A stretch of DNA of 43,631 nt, from positions 1-43,631 of the IMG/VR virus record IMGVR_UViG_3300008267_000103; one strand, 5' to 3'. Source of the stretch: a virus. Its lineage: Duplodnaviria; Caudoviricetes. Every line of letters starts with the position of its first letter. Within the stretch, counting starts at the first letter, position 1. Shown piece by piece: positions 37,144-43,631 of the stretch. The notes beneath the pieces were generated by a model, which was given only the letters and a program-made list of their open reading frames with translations, searched no databases and was not told the DNA's origin. A program made the translations under genes and the position numbers.

Positions 37144-37331
37144 CCACTAAAGCAGACGTAAAACAGATGTGCGATGCAATAATTGGACAGTTATTCTGGT
37201 TAGATACTGAACCAGATAGCGAACTGATACAGCAAATGAAAATATATCGTCAAAGTTTAATTAATTACCCCAACACCTATGTAGAAGGTACTATGACTAT
37301 ATTCCCTTTAGACCCTAGAATAAAAATATGA
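37140..37331 (+). CDS. Small protein, possibly a tail-fibre assembly chaperone
   Basis: YRQSLINYP...FP resembles the YRQxLRDxP motif of phage tail assembly chaperones; ATGA overlaps on both sides. Confidence 0.5.
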   Translation: MTTKADVKQMCDAIIGQLFWLDTEPDSELIQQMKIYRQSLINYPNTYVEGTMTIFPLDPRIKI

Positions 37332-37972
37332 GTATAGCCGGCGGCCCAAAAATAGTTACAGATGGCCTAGTACTATACTGGGATATGGCTGAACCTGACT
37401 GCTACCCGGGGTCCGGTACTACTATATACGATTTATGTCGTAATTATGACGGCACTCTTTTTAATTCTCCTACTTTTTCAAGAGCTAACGGTGGTATATT
37501 AACATTTAATGGTAGTAGTAGTTATGTAACTGGTACCACTGCTAATTTTTCTACTACAAATTGCACGGTCATGGGTGCTGCAAAATATAACGGGTCGAAT
37601 GGCCGTATGATAAACGGCGCCAACAATAACTGGTTGATGGGCCATTGGGGTAATTCAGTAGGTAATTTTTACGCAGAAGGCTGGATAACCGGGGTGGGGG
37701 CCGGTGGTACCGATAATAACTGGAAAATATATACTACTTTAAATAATTATAGTTCTGATTCTTGGGGATTTTATATTAATGGTGCTCCAAATACTTTGGC
37801 CAGCACAGGCGGATCTCAGGGACCGAACGGTATTGCTATAGCAAGATATAACCCAGGAGCTACAGAATACTCAGATGGCAGCTTTTCTTTTTTAATGATT
37901 TACAATAGACTATTAAATGCATCTGAAATATTACAAAATTATAACGCTTTAAAAGGACGGTTTAATATATGA
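37328..37972 (+). CDS. LamG/ConA-like lectin-domain protein, paralogue 4
   Basis: Shared terminal motifs; LTFNGSSSYV, FYING, IYNRLL...EILQNY. Confidence 0.75.
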   Translation: MSIAGGPKIVTDGLVLYWDMAEPDCYPGSGTTIYDLCRNYDGTLFNSPTFSRANGGILTFNGSSSYVTGTTANFSTTNCTVMGAAKYNGSNGRMINGANNNWLMGHWGNSVGNFYAEGWITGVGAGGTDNNWKIYTTLNNYSSDSWGFYINGAPNTLASTGGSQGPNGIAIARYNPGATEYSDGSFSFLMIYNRLLNASEILQNYNALKGRFNI

Positions 37973-38685
37973 GTTACAATAACGGACCTAAAATAGTTAC
38001 CGATAATTTAGTGTTATATTTAGATGCAGGTAACACTAAAAGCTATCCTCAGCCAAATGAAGCCTGGGTAGATTTAAGTAATAGCGGTAACAATGCTAAC
38101 GGCGCCGGCTTTCCCGGCGCCAGTAGCCCGGTATTTTCTACTGATGGTAAAGGTTGTTTTGATTTCAGCGGGACTACAGGGGGTAGCGCAGCTGCAGCCT
38201 CAACAGGTTTTACGTTTGCTTCTAATATGGTACCTACTACAGGTAACTTTACTTTTGAATGCTGGATTAAAAACCCGCCCGCGGCAGGTCAGACAGGTTT
38301 GTTTAGTAATGCTAGTGGCGGGGATGGGTATAGATTTGGACCTGGGTATGATGGTACATATGTGCTAATAGGTCCAAATTATACAGAATTCAGTATATCT
38401 TGGAATGGCAATTTAAATTCAGCTTTATGGTACCATGTAGTAACAACGTGGGACAGAACTAGTGCGTATAGAATTAATGCCTTTTTAAACGGGGTTTATA
38501 AAAATTATGGTAGTATTCCAACAACTCAAACTGCTATGCAAAATGGTGCACCAGGTATAGTAAGAAGCCCTTGTTGTGGGGTTTATACCGGCAAATTAGC
38601 TATATTTAAAGTGTATACTAGAATTCTTAATGATAGGGAAATCCTCCAAAATTACAATGCAACTAAGTCGCGATTTGGACTCTAA
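37969..38685 (+). CDS. LamG/ConA-like lectin-domain protein, paralogue 5
   Basis: FTFECWIK, WYHVVTTWD and FLNG are classic LamG_3-type motifs; shared termini. Confidence 0.8.
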   Translation: MSYNNGPKIVTDNLVLYLDAGNTKSYPQPNEAWVDLSNSGNNANGAGFPGASSPVFSTDGKGCFDFSGTTGGSAAAASTGFTFASNMVPTTGNFTFECWIKNPPAAGQTGLFSNASGGDGYRFGPGYDGTYVLIGPNYTEFSISWNGNLNSALWYHVVTTWDRTSAYRINAFLNGVYKNYGSIPTTQTAMQNGAPGIVRSPCCGVYTGKLAIFKVYTRILNDREILQNYNATKSRFGL

Positions 38686-38687
38686 AC

Positions 38688-38695
38688 TATAAATA
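38688..38695 (+). promoter_or_regulatory. T4-type late promoter TATAAATA
   Basis: Exact T4 late consensus 6 nt before the ATG at 38702. Confidence 0.7.
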
Positions 38696-38701
38696 TATAC
38701 A

Positions 38702-40141
38702 ATGCCAGATATTATCATATCTCCTCAGCGCGGTACTAGTAATAATCCAAGTGTACAATTTGTTGGATTATCTGCGGTTAACAATCTTACCCCATCTGGT
38801 TCATCTATACGTCTTGAAGTTTTACCGGAAGGTCAAGTTGCGTTTATAGGTTCTGCGGGTTCTCTTTTTAGTATTACTGATTCTCTTACTGGTTCGTTAA
38901 TGGCGGTAAGCGACCAATCTGGTCTTCCTATATTAGAAGTTTTTAGTACAGATAGAGTAGTAGCGGGTAAATACAATACTAATGCATTTGTAGTATCTGG
39001 TAATAACGTGGGTATACGTAAAAACCCTGACACTTTTAATCATACTTTAGATGTTAACGGGTTTGTCAATACCACTCGGGGTTATTATTTGAGTGGTAGT
39101 CCTGTTTCTATACAAGGCACGACTGGCACGCAAGGTACAACTGGTACGCAAGGCACAACCGGTTCAACTGGTCTTCAAGGTATTACTGGTGCTCAAGGTG
39201 CTACCGGCACCCAGGGTATTAAAGGCGCGACTGGCTCTCAAGGTGCAACAGGCACTACTGGTGCTCAAGGTGCTACCGGCACCCAGGGTATTAAAGGCGC
39301 GACTGGCTCTCAAGGCGCAACAGGCACTACTGGTGCTCAAGGTACAACTGGTACTCAAGGTATTAAAGGCGCGACTGGCTCTCAAGGAGCGACAGGCACT
39401 ACTGGTACATCTGGTTTTAGCGGTATATCAGGCTTTTCTGGTGCAAAAGGCACAACTGGATCTCAAGGTGCGACCGGCACTACTGGTGCTCAAGGCACAA
39501 CTGGCGCTCAAGGCACAACTGGTGGTACAGGCGGTACAGGCACATCAGGGTTTAGTGGTATATCTGGTTATTCTGGTACCAAAGGCTCCCAAGGTACTAC
39601 CGGTACAACCGGTACCCAAGGCTCGACTGGCGTAAGCCCGGGGGGTACAACAAATTATATACCTAGATTTTCTGGCTCAACTACAATAGATAATAGTTAT
39701 ATTTATCAAGGCTCAACGCCAGGCACATTCGTAAATAGTTCTGCTTCTGTTTTTTACGCGGGCACGTACTTTACTGTAGCATCTAACGGGGATGTTACTT
39801 CTACCTCATTTACTTCAACATCTACTCGCTCTTCGAAGACTAATATTAGACCTCTTGCCAATATAATTACCGACCCTCTTAATACAGTCTCTGCTCTTTC
39901 TGCAATAGTATACGACAATATAAATGATACTGGAGATGTTGACTTAATCGGTTTAGTAGCTGAAGATGTATTACCATATGTACCTCAGGTAGTAATGACT
40001 AAATTAAACGAAAGTAATGAAGAGGTTTGCGTGGGTATAGAGTATAGTCGTTTAACTGCTTTATTAGTTGAAGCGGTTAAGTCCTTAACTAATAAAGTTA
40101 ACACTTTACAGTCTCAGCTAGCTAGCCTAAGCGCAAGTTAG
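38702..40141 (+). CDS. Collagen-like fibre protein with a C-terminal intramolecular chaperone (peptidase S74-like)
   Basis: Gly-X-Y tract at about 39116-39630; STRSSKTNI...IGLVAEDV...P.VV...[17 protein letters not shown] followed by a coiled coil. Confidence 0.82.
   Translation: MPDIIISPQRGTSNNPSVQFVGLSAVNNLTPSGSSIRLEVLPEGQVAFIGSAGSLFSITDSLTGSLMAVSDQSGLPILEVFSTDRVVAGKYNTNAFVVSGNNVGIRKNPDTFNHTLDVNGFVNTTRGYYLSGSPVSIQGTTGTQGTTGTQGTTGSTGLQGITGAQGATGTQGIKGATGSQGATGTTGAQGATGTQGIKGATGSQGATGTTGAQGTTGTQGIKGATGSQGATGTTGTSGFSGISGFSGAKGTTGSQGATGTTGAQGTTGAQGTTGGTGGTGTSGFSGISGYSGTKGSQGTTGTTGTQGSTGVSPGGTTNYIPRFSGSTTIDNSYIYQGSTPGTFVNSSASVFYAGTYFTVASNGDVTSTSFTSTSTRSSKTNIRPLANIITDPLNTVSALSAIVYDNINDTGDVDLIGLVAEDVLPYVPQVVMTKLNESNEEVCVGIEYSRLTALLVEAVKSLTNKVNTLQSQLASLSAS
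39191..39406 (+). repeat. Three tandem 72-nt units (24 aa) in the fibre gene
   Basis: Units start at 39191, 39263 and 39335 and encode AQG(A/T)[20 protein letters not shown]; the first two are nearly identical. Confidence 0.85.
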
Positions 40142-40157
40142 CAATAAATAGTAAGGC

Positions 40158-40388
40158 TTGGCTAACTTAAAGGAAAGTTTTTTTAGTTTATCTGAAACTC
40201 TAATCAATACTATTAGAGTGTATAAAGAACGTGGCGCTGTAATAGCAGAAGAAAGTAAGCAAGAAACGCGTATTAAACAATGTATAAATTGCGCGGATTT
40301 TATAGAAGGTAGATGTAATAAATGTGGTTGTTTTATGAATGTAAAAGTAAGATTAGAAGCTGCAAAATGCCCGGTAGGTAAATGGTAA
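40158..40388 (+). CDS. Small Cys-rich protein (CxxC...CxxCGC...CP.GKW; DUF6171-like)
   Basis: CINC...CNKCGCFM..K......CPVGKW; TTG start 7 nt after TAAATA. Confidence 0.7.
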   Translation: MANLKESFFSLSETLINTIRVYKERGAVIAEESKQETRIKQCINCADFIEGRCNKCGCFMNVKVRLEAAKCPVGKW

Positions 40389-40415
40389 ACCAAGCTTTCG
40401 CAGTAAATATTAACA

Positions 40416-41444
40416 ATGCCTGTTGTTAATATACAATCTTTAACTAAACCTACTACTTTAACTGTAGAGACTGATACAGGCAATCCGTATTCTTTTCAGG
40501 AATGGAAGCTTAATCATAATAACATAGATGCCCGGGCTCAAATAGAACAGTATAATGTTTATTTAAAAGATTGGTATAAAAAAAGAGCTGCTAAACCTCA
40601 AGCGATTAATTTATACGTTAAGACTTTATATATAAATTTTCTTAAACAGTTAGGTTTAACTGCTCGTAACGAAGAAGAACAACAGTTTTTTAGTTCGGTC
40701 AATTTTGATGATAATTTAGATTTACAAACAGCTATTACTTTTTACGCTCGTAAGTTAAAAGACGTATCTAGATACCTAGCAGAACGTCGTAATAGCGTTG
40801 TTTATACCAAATTAAAAAATAACTTACTCGGTACTAGTAGTTATTTAGAGAGATTATTCTACAACTATATTCTCAGCGTTTATACTCAGCGTCCTGATTC
40901 AAATAGAACCGGATTAATTATAACTAATGGAGATTTAGTACAGTATTTACCTAACTTAGAGGACATAACGGATACCTTTACCATAGAGATAGAAGAATTA
41001 TACGACACAGCAAATTATTTAGATAGAGACCCTAGTGTTAATATATCCCAGTATACTACATTTGCAGCAGAGACTAGTGCTAAGCTTTATGAGACATCTT
41101 ACTATGAAATTCCTGCAGAGTATTTGCTCGGTTTAATTATTGATGCATTAAATGCAGCTAATACTCTAAATCCTTGTTATGGGGTAACCGGGTTTGCAGG
41201 TACAAATGTAAGTAATAGCAGTATGGCTAGCAGCAATGTTTATGTATACACAGGAGATGGAGCTACAACTACATACAATATAGGTACTATTACTAAGAGT
41301 GACGTAAGCCTTTATAGAGTTTCAATCGATGGATTATCTCAAACCCCGGGCACTGCATACACAATTAGCGTACAAAATAGTAGCATAATTTTCTCTGAAC
41401 CAGTACCTGCTGGCGCGGAAATAAGCATAATAGTACCGGCATAA
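40416..41444 (+). CDS. Hypothetical virion protein with a C-terminal beta domain
   Basis: C-terminal YTGDGATTTY...VSIDGLSQTP..AYTI....IIFSEP.PAG pattern seen in phage baseplate/fibre proteins. Confidence 0.65.
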   Translation: MPVVNIQSLTKPTTLTVETDTGNPYSFQEWKLNHNNIDARAQIEQYNVYLKDWYKKRAAKPQAINLYVKTLYINFLKQLGLTARNEEEQQFFSSVNFDDNLDLQTAITFYARKLKDVSRYLAERRNSVVYTKLKNNLLGTSSYLERLFYNYILSVYTQRPDSNRTGLIITNGDLVQYLPNLEDITDTFTIEIEELYDTANYLDRDPSVNISQYTTFAAETSAKLYETSYYEIPAEYLLGLIIDALNAANTLNPCYGVTGFAGTNVSNSSMASSNVYVYTGDGATTTYNIGTITKSDVSLYRVSIDGLSQTPGTAYTISVQNSSIIFSEPVPAGAEISIIVPA

Positions 41445-41445
41445 C

Positions 41446-43631
41446 ATGGCTTTAACAAGACTCAACACCCCGGATATGGTTCCGCCGCTGAAAAATCTCA
41501 GCGTGCAAGGAGTACAAGGTATACAAGGCCCTTCTGGTTCAGGCACCAGCGGAAGTGGTAGTGGGGCTCAAGGATCTGCTGGCTCTCAAGGTGCTACTGG
41601 ATCCCAGGGCCCATCAGGGGGCGGCGGTGGCGGTTCTCAAGGCACTCAAGGTACAATTGGTACTCAGGGTACTACAGGAGCTGGTACCCAAGGTACAACA
41701 GGTGCAGGCACTCAAGGCACTACTGGCGCGCAAGGAGTAAATGGCACTCAAGGTAGTGCCGGTACCCAAGGTACAACAGGTGCAGGCACTCAAGGCGCAA
41801 CTGGCGCTCAAGGAGTAGATGGTACTCAAGGTAGTGCTGGTACTCAAGGTACTACAGGTGCAGGCACTCAAGGCGCAACTGGCGCGTCTGGTTTTTCTGG
41901 TATATCTGGTTATTCAGGCGTACAGGGTACAGCCGGCGGCGGCGGCAGTGGAGAATCAGTAAAACAAACAATAACTTATAGCAATAGTTTTTCTACTGGA
42001 AATGCTATAAGAAAAACAAACTCAGGTTGGAGCTTAGCTCAGGCAGACGACGTAATAGATGCAGAAGCCACAGGTATAGTAGAAACTGCATCTGGGTCTG
42101 ATTTTACTATAGTGTACAGTGGCTATATAAACGGCCTTACCGGGCTTACTGAAGGAGACGTGTATTTTGTTTCTCCTTCGACTGCAGGTGCTCTTACTAA
42201 TACTACTCCAACAACCAACGGAGAGATATCTAAACCTATATTAATAGCTACTTCGTCTACTACTGGTATAGTAGTAAACATGCGTGGTATACAGATTACT
42301 AACGCGACAGTACAAGGTGTACAAGGAGTACAAGGTCCTTCTGGTGGAGGTGGTGGTGGCACGCAAGGTTCCCAAGGAGCGCAAGGCATATCTGGTTTTT
42401 CAGGTATAAAAGGAACACAGGGCACTACTGGGGCTCAAGGCTCTATTGGTATTCAAGGTACACAAGGGGCTACCGGTGCAGGTACTCAAGGAATTGCAGG
42501 GGCTTCTGGTTTTTCTGGCATTAAAGGAGCTCAAGGTTCGACTGGTACTCAAGGCACTATTGGCGCCGGTACTCAAGGTGTTACTGGTACATCAGGATTT
42601 TCTGGAGAAATCGGGACTCAAGGTATAAAAGGTGCACAGGGCACAAATGGTACAGCAGGTACTTCTGGTTATTCTGGTCCTCGAGGAGTACAAGGAGTAC
42701 AAGGCGCTACCGGAACCCAAGGATCTAATGGTACACAAGGTATATCAGGTTATTCTGGTGTGCAGGGTCCTGTTGGAAGTGGTGCACAAGGTATACAAGG
42801 TATATCAGGTTATTCTGGCACTCAAGGCGCGTTAGGGGTCCAGGGATCCCAAGGTATATCGGGATATTCTGGCCCTAAAGGAGACGTTGGCTCGCAAGGT
42901 ACTACAGGTATTTCTGGTTTTTCTGGTGCAAAAGGTACTACTGGTACTCAAGGAACTAAAGGAGATACCGGGACACAAGGTACTCAAGGCGTCTCTGGTT
43001 TTTCTGGTGCAAAAGGTACTACTGGTACTCAAGGAGCAATAGGCACTCAAGGAACTAAAGGCGAAACTGGCACGCAAGGCACTACTGGTACATCTGGTTT
43101 TAGCGGTATATCAGGCTTTTCTGGTGCAAAAGGAGCGACTGGTACGCAAGGCGCTACTGGCGCTCAAGGCACAACTGGCGCTCAAGGCACAACTGGCGCT
43201 CAAGGCACAACAGGCACGCAAGGTATATCCGGTTTTTCAGGCGTTAAAGGCGCCCAAGGTACTACCGGCGCTGGTACACAAGGTACAACAGGCGCTCAAG
43301 GCACAACAGGAACACAAGGTATTACTGGAACCGGTACTCAAGGTACAACAGGCACGCAAGGTACAACAGGAACACAAGGTATATCCGGTTTTTCAGGCGT
43401 TAAAGGCGCCCAAGGTACTACCGGCGCTGGTACACAAGGTACAACAGGCGCGCAAGGTACAACAGGCACCCAGGGTATATCCGGTTTTTCAGGCGTTAAA
43501 GGCGCCCAAGGTACTACCGGCGCTGGTACCCAAGGTACAACAGGTACCCAGGGTATATCTGGTTTTTCAGGCGCACAAGGTACAACAGGCGCACAAGGTA
43601 TTACTGGAGCTGGTACCCAGGGTACAACAGG
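41446..43631 (+). CDS. Partial collagen-like fibre protein (over 720 aa, runs off the right edge) with one inserted globular domain
   Basis: ATG 1 nt after the previous stop: MALTRLNTPDMVPPLKNLSVQGVQGIQGPSG..., open to the window end. Missing from the ORF track because it has no stop. Confidence 0.85.
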   Translation, partial: MALTRLNTPDMVPPLKNLSVQGVQGIQGPSGSGTSGSGSGAQGSAGSQGATGSQGPSGGGGGGSQGTQGTIGTQGTTGAGTQGTTGAGTQGTTGAQGVNGTQGSAGTQGTTGAGTQGATGAQGVDGTQGSAGTQGTTGAGTQGATGASGFSGISGYSGVQGTAGGGGSGESVKQTITYSNSFSTGNAIRKTNSGWSLAQADDVIDAEATGIVETASGSDFTIVYSGYINGLTGLTEGDVYFVSPSTAGALTNTTPTTNGEISKPILIATSSTTGIVVNMRGIQITNATVQGVQGVQGPSGGGGGGTQGSQGAQGISGFSGIKGTQGTTGAQGSIGIQGTQGATGAGTQGIAGASGFSGIKGAQGSTGTQGTIGAGTQGVTGTSGFSGEIGTQGIKGAQGTNGTAGTSGYSGPRGVQGVQGATGTQGSNGTQGISGYSGVQGPVGSGAQGIQGISGYSGTQGALGVQGSQGISGYSGPKGDVGSQGTTGISGFSGAKGTTGTQGTKGDTGTQGTQGVSGFSGAKGTTGTQGAIGTQGTKGETGTQGTTGTSGFSGISGFSGAKGATGTQGATGAQGTTGAQGTTGAQGTTGTQGISGFSGVKGAQGTTGAGTQGTTGAQGTTGTQGITGTGTQGTTGTQGTTGTQGISGFSGVKGAQGTTGAGTQGTTGAQGTTGTQGISGFSGVKGAQGTTGAGTQGTTGTQGISGFSGAQGTTGAQGITGAGTQGTT
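43222..43529 (+). repeat. Three identical 56-nt blocks within the last fibre gene
   Basis: ggtatatccggtttttcaggcgttaaaggcgcccaaggtactaccggcgctggtac at 43222, 43378 and 43474. Confidence 0.85.

Noticed and set aside
34761-38685. Diversity-generating retroelement or shufflon acting on the lectin genes
   Set aside because: No reverse transcriptase, no template/variable repeat pair differing at adenines, and no recombinase or inverted cassettes in the window. One elsewhere in the genome cannot be excluded.
190-40409. TAAAT/TAAG motifs as poxvirus or baculovirus late promoters, implying a eukaryotic virus
   Set aside because: Gene content, overlapping operon-style genes and intrinsic terminators are those of a bacteriophage.
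25465-43077. Alternate-frame and antisense ORFs over the repeat tracts (e.g. 26339, 27425, 29718, 31539, 32199, 33135, 39093, 41555, 42446)
   Set aside because: Shadows of Gly-X-Y codon periodicity (VVLV/AIQ/KVLL patterns) lying wholly inside longer genes.
1-43631. Stop-codon reassignment as seen in some large phages
   Set aside because: Core genes are full length and densely packed in the standard code, and TGA serves as a stop in several ATGA overlaps.
1-43631. tRNA or other structured RNA genes
   Set aside because: Intergenic gaps are all under about 60 nt and are accounted for by promoters or terminators.

Overview
Segment of a large, AT-rich T4-like (myovirus) phage genome, read in the standard genetic code. 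It covers most of a virion-assembly region. From left to right it has (1) a small + strand operon led by a GMP reductase (guaC) behind a sigma70-like promoter; (2) a long - strand baseplate and tail block with a gp5-like spike, hub, gp53-, gp48- and tape-measure-like genes, two gp26-like genes (one apparently fused to gp51), several tail-tube-fold paralogues, the sheath and a gp3-like gene; (3) a nucleotidyltransferase and a flavodoxin-like gene facing apart across a perfect 16-bp palindrome; (4) large terminase, an acidic core/scaffold-like gene and a gp14-like neck gene; and (5) about 19 kb of fibre and adhesin genes. The fibre region holds four low-proline (Gly-X-Y)n proteins built from GYS/GIS/GFS and GTT/GTQ triplets, one of them absent from the ORF track (41446 to window end), plus five tandem LamG/ConA-like paralogues. 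The most notable signals are a TAA(A/G)TA element 5-18 nt before 19 gene starts with no Shine-Dalgarno (suggesting leaderless late transcripts), the Gly-X-Ser fibres, and exact DNA blocks shared between different fibre genes. All family assignments come from motif recognition by eye; no database search was run.
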